DNA of 63,096 nucleotides, the filler included, from Octopus bimaculoides (taxonomy: Eukaryota): NCBI RefSeq assembly GCF_001194135.2. It is 4 parts of 3 records of this genome, joined end to end, with 100 filler letters (N's around TTAATTAATTAA, not from the genome) between each part and the next. Parts side by side here need not be neighbours in the genome. Positions count along the whole stretch, not along the records: positions 1 to 22,661 come from NC_068982.1; positions 22,762 to 48,385 come from NC_068996.1; 2 more parts are not named here. One strand, 5' to 3'. The notes under the pieces were generated by a model. The model was not told where the DNA came from. It saw nothing but the letters and a program-made list of their open reading frames with translations, and made no database searches. Each line of letters begins with the position of its first letter. The stretch's first letter is position 1. The position numbers and the translations under genes were made by a program. Below are positions 11,024 to 24,218 of this stretch, piece after piece.

Positions 11024-11565
11024 ATAATAAATATCAGGGGGAGATGAAAATTTATCCCAATAGTAGCCAGTGAGAACATCAGATGCACTTCAGTCTTTTT
11101 TGGGCCTTTTTAATGTTGCATACTTGCAGTCAGACACATCCTCAGAAAGAGATTTCTCACCTTTGATACAGGAAAAAGTAAATAAAACATGTTTCGAGTA
11201 GCTGCTTGGCTGAATAAAAATCTGGTATATGCAACTGAGGAAGTATTAAACTGAAATAGCAATCTATGTATCATACTTAATGTATAGACACTGTTGATGG
11301 GCCAGTTATAGCAGTATTTGTTCTGAGATAATATCTCTTATAGGCATGCTGTATTAAAACCACAAATATCAGGAGATGATAATTCACCCCAGCAGTCACC
11401 AGCAAGAATGTTAGATGCATTTCAGTATTTTCTGTTCTTGTTTTTGGATATTTTCAGTGGCACATACTCTCAACAGTAAATAAGAGAAAAAAAATATATC
11501 CTTGAATAATGGTAATACTAATTTTAAAAATAAAATAGCTAATTTGAATTTAAAGGGTAAGCTAA

Positions 11566-11884
11566 AGACCCCCTTCAGTCATGAATGACCATGAGATTGC
11601 ACCTAGAAAGTTACCCTCTGAAGCACAAGTCCAGGCAAGGTTGTTTATGGAAGACCAGAAGTTGCCCATGTATACCTCTCCATGCTACTGATGTTATCCC
11701 AGGGAAAGGCAAAGGTCAATACAGCTTGGCACCAGTGATGTCACAACTCATTTCTACAGCTGAGTGAACTGGAACAATGTGAAATAAAGTGTCTTGCTCA
11801 AGAATACAACACACAGCCTGGTCTGGGAATCGAACTCACTACCTCATGAATGTGAGCCTGACACTTTAACCACTGAGCCATGTG
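11566..11884 (-). mobile_element. tRNA/CORE SINE family C
   Basis: Minus: TGGCTCAGTGGTTAAAG..GAGTTCGATTCC..TTGAGCAAGACACTTTATTTCAC; other copies at 26905-27253, 39400-39715, 47748-48040. Confidence 0.85.
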
Positions 11885-12603
11885 AAGTCTACCACATCTC
11901 CCAAAAAGGAGCACTCCTTTTGACAGGCTTTCATACAGCTTCCATCTACCATATTCCATTCTCAAGGCTTTAGTCGATCCAAAACTATGATTGAAATCAC
12001 CTGCTCAAGTTGCTGCAATTGTGTAGCCTTGGCTTAAACCCAAAGCTACACAATTGTGAAGTAAACCTCTTTATTGCACAGCCATGTCTACAACTGAAAC
12101 CTTGGTTGTTTTACTTTGTTCTTGAGTACAAAAGATTACTAACACTTAAAGGGGATTACGTTAGATTATTAAATTCAGTGCTTATATATTTGCAAGTATA
12201 GAAAATATACATCAGCAAACTATCATTTATATCTTAGTTGTTACAGATAAGTCACTCATCAAACAAATTACAATGAAGTGATGTTTTATGATAATGACAA
12301 AATAATTTAAGTGATATTCATCTACAATCAAGAATAAAGCTTTAAAAGTAGTTTAATAATATTGATTTTTACATTAGAAATAAAGGGAGCACAAATGCAG
12401 CTGATTGATCTGCTAGCAATAGCAGCCAAATCTATCCCAAATTCCATTCTTCCAATTTACAAATAATAGCTATTGAATAATTTAGTCTTAAATTTTCTTC
12501 ATTTGAAAAAAAAAAAAAAGATAAAATGGGATGGTCACTTCTGGAATACTCTTTCCTACTCATAGGTTTTATATAGGCTGTAACAAAATCAACAAGCCCT
12601 TAC

Positions 12604-12639
12604 GTCACTAGTAATTATTTTTATCATTTCTTCAGTGAT
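12604..12639 (-). CDS. Candidate 36-nt phase 0-0 exon (ITEEMIKIITSD)
   Basis: TTCCACAG| acceptor, |GTAAGG donor, only one open frame; could be chance. Confidence 0.2.
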
Positions 12640-12680
12640 CTGTGGAACTCAAGAATGTAAAAGGAAAGAGCTAAATATTG

Positions 12681-13563
12681 TATGAGGTAGTATCAAGAAG
12701 TTCCTGGACTAGCGCTGTAGCATGCCAACAGATGGCAGCACATGGTTGTGTGCACAGTGAGAGCTAACAGTGACCTTCATGAGGTAGTGTGCTGAATAAT
12801 CTCACTGTGTTTACTTCTCAAATTGTGAAATTTGTGTTTTTGTGATCATGTGTATGCTGTAGTCTGCAATTTTTGTCATGGATAGGAAGTTAGAACAAAG
12901 AGCCAATGTGAAATTTGGTATTGAACTTGGGAAGTCTGCTACAGAGAAACCGAGCATGCTTCAGCAAGCTTACAGTGATGAGGCAATGAGTAGTAAGCAT
13001 TGTTTTGAGTGGCGTGGGTGCTTTGAAAGCAGAAGAATATCCACAGAAGACGATGAGTGATCTGGAAGTGCTGCCAGGAGTGTCACCCCTGGAAATCATC
13101 TGCTTGTGCAAGAGGATTGTCAGAGGATCATCAATGATGTTTTGAAGTGTTTGAGGGAGAATATTCAGCGAAAGCGACCAGATCTGTGGCACTTGAAGAA
13201 TTGGATTCTTTGTGATGACAATGCTCTCTGTCTCAGAGCTCTCCTCACTTGTGAGTTTCTCACCAAAAACAACATGGTATTGCTTCTGCACCCACCTATT
13301 CACCAGATTTAGCACCTGTGTACTCCCATCTCTTCTCCAAAATGAAAATGCAGCTCAAAGGTCACCATTTTAACACTGTTGTCAAGATTAAGTGTGAATT
13401 ACAGGAGGTCTTTGACTAACTTCTAGAAAACAACTTCCAGGCCAGATTCCAGAAGTGGCAGGAATGCTGGGACTGGTGTAGTGCTGTGCAAGGTGACTAT
13501 TTCAAAGGAGGTGATGTTTTATTAAACAGAACTTGTTTGGGAACTTTTTGATACCACTTTGTA
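12681..13563 (+). mobile_element. Internally deleted mariner element with both TIRs
   Basis: TIRs TATGAGGTAGTATCAAGAAGTTCC / GGAACTTTTTGATACCACTTTGTA; MDRKLEQRANVKF..GKSATE; CDDNA, HPP.SPDLAP, LKGHHF, GDYFKG. Confidence 0.92.
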
Positions 13564-13639
13564 TTGTTTTCAGTCCAGTTGCTTTGTATCTGAACCATCT
13601 AGTTAATTGTTTTTTTTTTTAATGTTGGACAAAATGCCT

Positions 13640-13955
13640 TGTGGTATTTATTCTAATTCTTTGCATTCTCAGTTCAAATTCCACTGAGGTCAACTTTGCC
13701 TTTCAACCTGGTTGATGAAATAGCGTACCATTGAAGAACTGGAGTTGATGGTAGAATCATTATCACATTGGATAAAATGTTCAGTGCCATTTCTTCTAGC
13801 TCTTTATGTTCTGAGTTCAAATACTGCCTAGGTCAATTTTGTCTTTTATCATTTTGTGGTTATTAAAATAAAGTACCAGTCAAGTACTGGGATTGATGTA
13901 ACCAATGCCACTCTCCTACCTCAAGATTATTGGCCTTGTGTTAAAATTAATTATT
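13640..13955 (+). mobile_element. Two decayed SINE family B copies
   Basis: TCTCAGTTCAAATTCCACTGAGGTCAACTTTGCC and repeat at ~13810; CpG sites converted to TpG/CpA. Confidence 0.75.
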
Positions 13956-13956
13956 A

Positions 13957-14300
13957 TCTATATATATGAAAGAGAGTTTGTGTGTGTGTGCATATGCTCC
14001 TAATGCATTCAAAAACTGAGTTGCCAATTTTGACGTATATGGTATCAAAAGATTCAGTAATCTTTCGGCTACCAAATAAACTTTATTTTCTATGTTATCT
14101 CAACAACCAGCTATAGTTATTTGAAAGACACTGCTCTACAATGACCAGGTTTCATAAATAAGTGAAAATAGTTTCATACTTTCTATTTGAACTAAAATTA
14201 CAAAGTGTTGCATTATGAGAGTGACGATGTGTGAATAATGAAAGTAACGTTTCTCTGAATTAGTAACTCATGAACAGATATCCATTTCTCTACATGTTAT
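13957..14300 (+). mobile_element. Non-autonomous Helitron-like 5' part
   Basis: A|TCTATATATATGAAA start followed by (TG)n; 3' end not found. Confidence 0.45.
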
Positions 14301-15254
14301 GAGGAAATACAGTCTCTCACATGCACATGTACACATACATACAAAAGAAATGTATGCATATGTATTTATGTACATGTATATGAAAGATAATGTGTGTGTG
14401 AGAGAGAGAGAGAAAGTGATTGAGTGTCACTTACACATACATGCAAAACAATACATACATGACAACACACACCTTAACTCGCTCTTTCTCTCTCTCTCTC
14501 TCTCTCTCTCTTTTTCTTTGTCTCAGGCACCTGCATACACGTCTGTTTCATACACATGTACATACATCTTTCACATTCTCCTCTCACTTAAAGCAAAAGT
14601 TGCCTTTTCACTTTCTCCTCTCTTTCAATTTCTGCTCTCTTCAAAGCATTAAGAAATTAAGATTTTTTTTTGAAAATTAACAAAAAGTTATATGATCCCA
14701 TATGATTGACCACATGACTGATCTGACAACTTTGCTGCTTCAAACAAAAGAATGCCATAAAATAACTTCCTTTGGTACACACACATACATACATACACAA
14801 ACACACATACATGGTGAAATGTCTATATGAATTATGCTATTTCTTGCTGTGTGCACGTGTAAACTTGCAGCTCAAATCCAATTGAAATGACCTTTTTCTA
14901 TTCTGTAATTCGTGTTTGTGATGAGCGTATTTACAAACTTAATTTTAGATATAAACTTAAAGGGAAGTTTTCCCAGAAATCCTGTCTTTTACCTATTGTT
15001 TCTAGTATGTCCAAGGTAACATTTGCACCCCACAACCTAATTTTTTTTCCTAAATTTCTTCTGATTCCTATGTTTTCTATACAGGAGATTAAGATTTTGC
15101 CCAAAAAACATGTTATTAATATTTTAATTTTCTCCCACCCCATTCTGATTTCTTCATTTTTTTACTTTTCTCCAATTATTTTTTGGTAATCCATGAAGAA
15201 AAAAATAACAGAGAATATGAATCTTTAAAAATTTTCTTCTTCCTTTTTTTTTTC

Positions 15255-15557
15255 TTAAAGAAACACTAAAATCTTCTTCCCAAACATCCACCCATCACCT
15301 CACCACTTTCAAAAAGCTACAAACTCCCAATATTTCACTTTCACCTTTTCAGAAAGCAGAAGTTTCTTCAGAAATAATGTCATTTACCTGTTGTTTCTAG
15401 CATGTTGGGTTTTCTGGTGGTGGTCTTGTATTTTTTTACATCTGTTATTTCAGTACAATTCTATGCATGCGTGAAACATCAGGAGGTTTTAGCTTTTTGA
15501 AAGTGGGTAGGTGATAGGTGGGCAAGGTGGGGGAGGGGACATTGAGTGTTTCTTTAA
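15255..15557. mobile_element. MITE with TTAA flanks and AG..CT termini (Kolobok-like)
   Basis: TTAA|AGAAACACT...AGTGTTTCT|TTAA, imperfect TIR ~70 bp. Confidence 0.7.
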
Positions 15558-16039
15558 GAAAAATTAAACTTTAAAAACAAACTATATTTCCCAGATGCAT
15601 TGCTAGTCTCTATTGAAGTAAGTAAAACAATTGAGGTTAAAGTCGTTCAATATCTAGAAACATTTTTTCTTCTATGCCAAATTTTAAAATAACTTTCCCA
15701 AAACTTCTCAAATAACACCTGCATATACATATGTGTGTGTGTGGGTGTGTATACATATACATTATACACACACACACATATGTATGTATGTATTTATGTA
15801 TAAACTGTGTAGTAATATATAAATGAAATAAACTGAGTACAGTATTAGTACCACAATAAAAACTGACACAATTTTTACCTTGACACATCTTCACTATCCT
15901 CTTTCTTTTCCAACAGGGTAATTGTGTATCTCCCTTCCAACAAGACACCCCTATCATACTTTAAACTCTATCATACTTTAACCTCTCATTATCTGGCATA
16001 AGACAACCTTCCTCTATACTACTCTACCATTCAGTTGAA

Positions 16040-16262
16040 GGGTCTTGTTTTGCAAGTTACTTGGTGACTTCACTAGTGCCAATGCCATGTAAAAACCACC
16101 TAGTACACTCTGTAATGTGGTTGGCATTAAAAAAGTCATCCAGCTGTAGAAACTATATTAAAGCAGGCATTGACACTTTGTTGCAGTCTTCTGGCTCAAC
16201 TGCTCATTTCAAACTGTCCGACCTGTACCAGAATGCAAAAATGGCTGTTAGATGATGATATA
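16040..16262 (+). mobile_element. RTE 3' end
   Basis: GTTGGCATTAAAAAGTCATCCAGCTGTAGAAA..TTAGATGATGAT. Confidence 0.75.
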
Positions 16263-17375
16263 AGTATTAACTGGTGGTGGCTCATGTATAGGCACGGCAG
16301 AACTGCAGCACCCCCTATTTCCACTCGATATTATCGATAACATTCATTATAATGAGTCCTTTTTTCTTTAATTCTTTCTTTATACTTGTACATTATATAA
16401 TCCTTAAGCTTAATGTCAGTAGCCATCCCCTAGTTTATGAAAAAATACAAAAATCCTTGTATTGAATTGTGCACTTCACAGTTCCAGTTATGCAGTGTTT
16501 GACTGTTGTGCGCATGCTCACATGTCCGAGATAGGAAGCTTCACGCTAGGGAGAGAGAGAGCACTGTCATTCAGGCAGTGCCAGTGAAAGATAGTGTTTC
16601 TTTTTGACTCCACCTGTGTTCAGCTTAAAAACATGTTTATATTCTTGAATGTGATAAAGTGTAGAATTAGATTATTATCCTGCTTTCTGCTTCAGGGTTG
16701 TAGCCAGGATTTGAAAAATAGGGCAGATTTTCCCCACTTATTTTGTGATTTAGTGGGGATTTTTGAAAAACAAAGAGGAATTCACGTCAGTGTTCAGTGA
16801 ACAAATTAAACACACTACCTGGCAGTGGCTAAAATGCAAACTGATCAAGTTTATGTATAAATATTCTTTTTATATGTTTGTTTCCCTTTCCACCATATTA
16901 AAAGAACAGCTAAACATTTTCTGAAGCAGCACCGCGACCAACTTTATCTATGAGCCACACTGGTATTAACAGATTGACTCTTCCTCTACATTACTTAGTT
17001 TTATGGGTTTAGAATATGTCCAGATCATCAGATGTATGGCGTCAAACTGAAGATAATTTGAAAAATGTTTAAATGGTTTCTAGGTGAGAATATTTGTTCA
17101 GTTCAGGTCACTTGAGTTCCTAAGTTGGTTTGCACTATGGATATATTCAGTAAGAATTTTATAAGGATGTTCCATTATAGTTGTGTCATTGTCAAATAAG
17201 TAATGTCATTCATATCTAATATTCTGTAAAAGCATACAGGGCATGAAGGGAATATTACTTTGCTTGGAAACAGGTAGGGGTTGGTGAGAGGCAGAGCATT
17301 CAGATGTAGAAAATCTACTTCCATATACTCTGTCTGACTCATGAAAGCATAGAAAAGTGGATGTTAAAACAATGA

Positions 17376-17410
<35 letters not shown>

Positions 17411-18037
17411 ATTTACCTGTTGGTTCTAGCNNNNNNNNNNNNNNNNNNNNNNNNNNNNNNNNNNNNNNNNNNNNNNNNNNNNNNNNNNNNNNNNNNNNNN
17501 NNNNNNNNNNNNNNNNNNNNNNNNNNNNNNNNNNNNNNNNNNNNNNNNNNNNNNNNNNNNNNNNNNNNNNNNNNNNNNNNNNNNNNNNNNNNNNNNNNNN
17601 NNNNNNNNNNNNNNNNNNNNNNNNNNNNNNNNNNNNNNNNNNNNNNNNNNNNNNNNNNNNNNNNNNNNNNNNNNNNNNNNNNNNNNNNNNNNNNNNNNNN
17701 NNNNNNNNNNNNNNNNNNNNNNNNNNNNNNNNNNNNNNNNNNNNNNNNNNNNNNNNNNNNNNNNNNNNNNNNNNNNNNNNNNNNNNNNNNNNNNNNNNNN
17801 NNNNNNNNNNNNNNNNNNNNNNNNNNNNNNNNNNNNNNNNNNNNNNNNNNNNNNNNNNNNNNNNNNNNNNNNNNNNNNNNNNNNNNNNNNNNNNNNNNNN
17901 NNNNNNNNNNNNNNNNNNNNNNNNNNNNNNNNNNNNNNNNNNNNNNNNNNNNNNNNNNNNNNNNNNNNNNNNNNNNNNNNNNNNNNNNNNNNNNNNNNNN
18001 NNNNNNNNNNNNNNNNNTATATATATATATATATATA

Positions 18038-19329
18038 TATGAGGGGTTACCCAATAGTAAACAGAAACATTCTCTGTGGGACAAGCCTGTTATAGTTCAG
18101 GCTTCTGCCACTAGAAGCCACTTGATCCAATCTTCAGCCAAATGGCATTGTTGAATGGAGTCGTATTGTCATGTGGTGCATCTTCATTTTGAAGTGTTTC
18201 TCCCTAGTTCATTGATTTTTGTGATGGCTGAAATGAAGGCACAGTGTGCTTCCATGAAATTCTGTTTTCTGTTGGGAAAAATGGCAGCTGAAACAGTTGT
18301 CATGCTTCATACAACTTATAAGACATTGCCATGAACAAAACACAGGTTTACGAGTGGTTTTTACACTTTAAGAATGGTCACTTGTTGCTTGAAGACCAAC
18401 CTTGTTCAGGGTGACTGTCAACCTCCTGAATGAATGAAAACATCATGAAAATTCATGAACCTGATCTTGGAGGACCATCACCAAACAATTGACGAACTTG
18501 TTGATATGACTGGTGTGTCCTGGAGCTCCTGCCAATGAATTTTGAGCAAGGAATTGCGAATGAAAAGAGTTGCAGAAAAATTTGTGCTTGGCTTGCTAAT
18601 GGAAGATCAAAAGCTGTCACAACTGAATGTGTGTTGTGAACTAAAAGAACAGTTAGAAATTGATCTGAAGCTTTTTCAAATGTCATCACTGGTGATGAAA
18701 GCTGGTGCTACAGCTACAAGCTGGAAACAAAACGGCAATCAAGTCAATGGAAGAATTCAATGTCACCACACCTCCAAAAATGCATCAGGTGAAGTCCAAT
18801 GTTCAGATGGTACTGATTTGTTTCACTTATTCAAAATGAATTGTCCACACACTATTTATTCCTCCTGGTCAAACTGTTAACCGGACATTTCACTTGGCTG
18901 TTCTGAAGCATATGTGAGACACGGCAAGATGAAAACACCCAAGCCAATGGCAAAGTGGTTTCATCATGACAATGCACCTACACACACTGCCATAAGTGTG
19001 AGACAATTTTTGACCAAAAATGGCATGACCCCATCACCCACATTTCCCTATTTACTCAATCTTGTTCCCCACAACTTATTTTGTTCTCCCAAATGAAAAA
19101 GTCCTTAAAGGAAAAGGTTTTACAGATGTGGATGAAGTGAAAAAAATGATGGAAGCATTAAAAGGCATTACTTTGCAAGAGTTCCAGAACTGTTTCGAAT
19201 AGTGGAAAAAGCATCAGGACCAATGCTTTGCCTCAAATGAAGAATACTTTGAAGGTGACAAAAGAGTAAGCATGTAAAATGAAGTGAATAAAATAATAGT
19301 GCAAATTTCTGGTTTCTTTTACGTACCTC

Positions 19330-19332
<3 letters not shown>
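18038..19332 (+). mobile_element. Full-length (~1.3 kb) decayed mariner element in (TA)n
   Basis: Degenerate TIRs TATGAGG..; frameshifted transposase from ATG 18224: VYEWF, ITGDESWCY, FHHDNAP.H, KGKGF, EYFEGD. Confidence 0.93.
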
Positions 19333-19378
<46 letters not shown>

Positions 19379-19569
19379 CACACACAAATATATGAGCTTC
19401 TTTCAATTTCCATTTACTAAATCTAGTCCCAAGGCTTTAGTCAACTCAGAGCTTTAATTGAAGACACTCAACCACCAAACCATGAAGTGGCTGATGTAAT
19501 AGAAGTAATGTGACCTAAAACTGACAATAAAAATGATAATATATTTTATGTTTGCTAAAGCATTCATTG

Positions 19570-19641
19570 AGCAGAGTCGTACAGTGGAAGTGTGCTGGAC
19601 CCATAACCCAGAGGTGTGTAGAATGAAACTATGCTCTGCCA
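19570..19641 (+). pseudogene. Initiator tRNA-Met(CAT) pseudogene
   Basis: 72 nt AGCAGAGTCGTACAGTGGAAGTGTGCTGGACCCATAACCCAGAGG..CTCTGCCA, colinear with eukaryotic tRNA-iMet; T-arm/B-box and anticodon stem mutated; followed by A-run, no T-run terminator. Confidence 0.85.
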
Positions 19642-20993
19642 AAAAATGGATACTATTTATGATATTGATACATCACAATAGCATTGTCTACAAATATATC
19701 TACTGTAGTTACAAAATATATTATGCAATAGAAATTTATACAAGTTCTAGGGATAGATCAAAATGCAAGTAGTGTAGGACATTTCATTGAGTTTAAAGAA
19801 TGCAATATAGGCATAAGCATATAGAATTCTCAATTCTTTTCTTTAATTCTGGGGTAATGTTACACACAAGTATTTCTATTCATTTTCACTTGGCATCATA
19901 TCTTTCAAGTGAATGAAACTCATCTTTAGTAGTAAGGTAAGGATAAATGAAAATTGAAACTTTCTGATTCAAATATTGCACATTCAATTTAGAATTATCA
20001 ATGAAAATTGTCTAGTTTGTAGATTTGCTTTTTCCTTTTTTGTTTTACATTTGCAGTTTTAGATTGGAGAAAATGAACCAGTATAAAAAGCATTACTGAT
20101 AAAATGAAAATTTAGGCCAGTTATTTTTAAAAATTCATATAAACACAGCTAAGGTAGAACATTTAGTCTGGATTGGAAATGCAACAACTGCTACTGATTT
20201 GAATTAAAATTTGAGACTCATCACTTCTAAATATAAACAAGCTATCTCCAGGGTATTTTGTGTATTGAAGTGAAGTGTACTTGAATTGGTCCAGATTTCA
20301 TGCTGCCCAGAGACAATTCTTCTAAGTGCCATCAGGCTTTTATGTTTTGATCAGGGAGATTTACACAGCTGGCATGCGGTTAGGGGTTCAGTTGCACTGT
20401 GTGAACACTACCAGCTAACGTTCTACACTATAGCAACTTGTTGACCAATGCCTTGCGAGTGAAATTAACAGAGAGAAACAGAAGCCTGTTGTGTGTGTGT
20501 GTGTATACACACACATATGGAAATATTTATATTATTATTTAATTGAATGCCATGCATCCATTTCCAAGTAAGTTTATAGATATATGTATATATATATGTG
20601 TGTGTGTGTGTGTAAAATGCAGCCATGGCTGTATAGTTAAAATGTTTGTTTTGTAAAACATGCTTTCAGGTTCAGTCATATTGCATAGCTCTGTAGACAA
20701 GTGTGTTCTATTACTTTGGATTGATAAGGCATTTTTGTGTTTGTGTTGTGTCATGTCTCACTACACTACTTGCTGGCAGTTCAGCAAAATAGACCAATAG
20801 AATAAGTGCCAGATTTAAAATATGTACTAGGATCAATTCAGTTGACTAAATGCTTCAAGTCAGTATCCTCAGCACAAGCAGAGTCAAATTACTGAAGTAA
20901 AAAATAAAAATAACTGAGAGAAATTATTTTGTTGTTCAATTTTGTCAATCTTGTATGTCATATTTTAATCAACCTCTCGTGCATTAAGAGGTA

Positions 20994-21215
20994 GGGCAGC
21001 AAGCTGGCAGAATCATCAAGGACGCTGGGTGAAATGCTTAGCAGTATTTTGTCTGCTGTTACGTTCTGAGTTCAAATTCCAATGAGGCCTATTTTGCCTT
21101 TCATCCTTTCAGGGTCAATTAAATAAGTACCAGTTACATACTGGGTCGATGTAATGGACTTAATCCCTTTGTCTGTCCTTGTTTGTCCTCTCTATGTGGG
21201 CAATAAAGAAATAAA
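20994..21215 (+). mobile_element. SINE family B
   Basis: Near full length, tail GGGCAATAAAGAAATAAA. Confidence 0.85.
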
Positions 21216-22705
21216 TTATATGAAAGATGTATTCAAACTAAAACTTCTTCTCTTCAGGGCCAGGAAATAATTTTACCTTGATCTGCAACTGATCAAATTC
21301 ATGCTTGGTTATTGTCATCATTTATTGTCTAACTTCTTTGCTGGCATTGGTTGGACACTTTGACAGGTTCTGATCAATCAGAGGACCACATCATGCATCA
21401 ATGTCTACTTTGGCATGGCTTCTTTGGTTCAATGCCCTTCCTAATGTAAACCATTTTATAGGGTGCATTGGGTGCTTTTTTCATGGCACCTCATAACTTT
21501 CAAAGCCCCTATAACTAAGGGAAAATAGAAGAGAGTGAGCAATGATCTTAAGCAAGGAGAGTGGATGGCAAGGAAGGGGGAAAGAATTACTGGACAAGTT
21601 TGAGAAAAAGGAGAGAATAAAGCTGAGCAGGTGACTAGGGTGTTATAAATTTTTTTTTCTCTGAACAGTTTTACATTATCTCACTTTTCATGTCCAACTA
21701 ACTTGGAAAATCAACAAGATTGATATAAGGGAAAATTCTAAAGTGTTATCTTTAATCTGCTTAATGCTCAGGAAACTTAAGAAAAAACAAAGCAATGCTG
21801 TTAAATTTATTTTAGGAAAGGATTAACTTCAGTTTTTTAGCCAACTGGAATCTATTCAAAACCAAAGACATTACCTGTAAAATTAAAATATTTTACTCCT
21901 TAGAGTAAAACAGCTTTTCATTTTAAAATGCCAAAAATAATATAAGTCATTTAGTAAACTTATATACTGAAGATGTATCAGTAAAGCTCTATGTCTTTTG
22001 CCAGATAGGAGAAGAACTTCTGTGAAGGATGATGACTGAAATCATAACACTGACTAATTTAATCATCACCATTACCATAACCATTATCCTCATTATTTTT
22101 ATTCAACACTATCAGCACCTTCTCCAACATTACAGAAATCAGCACCTCAATACTAGAAGTTGGCAAGGCAGACCTTGAGCAGTCAGTATACTACAAATAG
22201 GACTCAAGTCTCCCTCAAATTCCATTTGCTGTCATAAAAATACATGAATATATTGAATATCTCAGTTTTAGGTATAAAATGCTAGAGAACATCAGTTCTA
22301 CTCTGTGTTGAAAGAAATACAATTAAACCTTGAGAGAGGCATTATGCCGGTAATAAACACACGCACTGGTTCAGTCCTTTATTAATTTATATAGTTTTTT
22401 GTTAAATTATTTCATTGCACTCTTGCAATCTCTTCAGTAACTTGTCTCTCCACTTCCATTTATTTTGAATATATGATCTGGCGTTGTTTCGAAACTGTTT
22501 TGTATGAGCATGTGAGTGTGTGCAAGCTCGTATGTGTGCACGCTCATATGTGTGCACGCACTTATGTGTTCGTGCTTATATGTAAGTATGTGCGTCCATA
22601 TGTGTGTTTGTAACAATTTTGTTTATATCAGATCAGATAGAGACTTTTTAATTAATTTATTNNNNNNNNNNNNNNNNNNNNNNNNNNNNNNNNNNNNNNN
22701 NNNNN

Positions 22706-22717
22706 TTAATTAATTAA
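22706..22717. other. Assembly spacer TTAATTAATTAA between N runs (also 48430-48441 and 60845-60856)
   Basis: Identical 12-mer with stops in all six frames, isolated by Ns three times. Confidence 0.9.
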
Positions 22718-22782
22718 NNNNNNNNNNNNNNNNNNNNNNNNNNNNNNNNNNNNNNNNNNNNCCCTGTATATATATATATAAA

Positions 22783-22988
22783 TTTTTTTCAGAATGCGAT
22801 AAAAAAATCAAGGCTGTGAAGATTTTAGAACATTTATAAATAGGTCTTACTGCTGTTTCCAGGATATTTATTATATTCCTTCATCAAGGGATATAATAAA
22901 TATCCTAGAAACAGCTGTAAGACCTTCTATTTATAAATATTCTAAAATCTTCACAGCCTTGGTTTTTTTATCTCATTCTGAAAAAAAA
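22783..22988. repeat. ~100-bp-arm palindrome made of two inverted Penelope terminal repeats
   Basis: Arms 22783-22881 and 22886-22988, loop CATC; both arms carry GAAACAGC(T/A)GTAAGAC. Confidence 0.9.
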
Positions 22989-23189
22989 TTTTTTATATAT
23001 ACACATGCTGATATGACCTACATTGGACTCTTTATTTGCATAATCACCGAACCTGGAGCTTAACTATGGTCTGTCCTTATAGCACTTACTCAGCATTACC
23101 TGATACCTTTGGGTCTTCGTGACACCATTACCTCTCATAACCTATATATATGTGTGTGTGTGCATATATCTATGGGTGAGTGTGTGCAT

Positions 23190-23246
<57 letters not shown>

Positions 23247-24218
23247 TATATATATATGCATATATATATGCATATATATATGCATATGGGTTTAAGTACA
23301 TATGTGGACCTATATAATAGTGCATATACACATGTATATGTATGTGTGTGCGCGTGTGTATATCAATATACACTTCTTTCTTTCTGTCTCTGATTCCTCA
23401 GCGCCTACTATCATTAACCAGTACAATAAACACCTCCATCTGTTTTTAGAAACTTGACCATTACATCTTATTATTCTTCCCTTCTTTTTCGAGGTTTACT
23501 ACTCACTTTAGTAACCCCCCCCCCCTGTACCATTTTCTATACCCATCTCTCCACCTTAGTACTTTTCAAACATATCACCCCGCTCCCACTCCTCACACAT
23601 ATTCATTCCTTACATTCTTATCTCTTCCTATCCCTCCCCTACTCCTCTCCCATCCCCCTAGTAATATCTTGACCACCAACTAACACTCCTTGTTTTCATT
23701 TTCTCTTCCTCTTTCTTTCATCACCTATTCCTTTTGACCATTTTAACATACACATCTCTTCTCCCCTCTCTATCCATTTAATACTATCACTACATTCTCA
23801 AAATTTCATTCACACCACAAGACCCCTTTCAATGAACAGCATGTGGGATCTATGTTTCCACACTTTCCACTTGTAATGACAAAATATGAACTCCTATTGG
23901 AATTTACATACCACAAACAAGAAGCATTTTTACCACTTCCACACACCACTTTCCTTGGATAATGGAACTGCAACTATAACATCCTAGATATATTTTTAAT
24001 TGTATTTTTATTTTTTTTATTTTATTTCCCTTTATACTTCCTCTATCCAACCTTTTCCAAAATAATTCCTTATATTGAACTCTACTATTTCCCTCTATTT
24101 AACCATCTCACATCGTCTCTGATGGAGAATATCCCTAATTTCCCAGAAACAGCTGTAAGACTAACTTTCTCTTTATTGAAAATTCCACACAGCCTTGGCT
24201 TTGTTGTCTCATTTTATT

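Noticed and set aside
15877-16010. Minus-strand frame GVLLEGRYTITLLEKKEDSEDVS ending at AAG|GTAAAA
   Set aside because: No credible acceptor, and a 17-bp duplication breaks the upstream frame.
22706-22717. TTAATTAATTAA motif occurring three times
   Set aside because: Always isolated between N runs and has stops in six frames; it is a scaffolding spacer.
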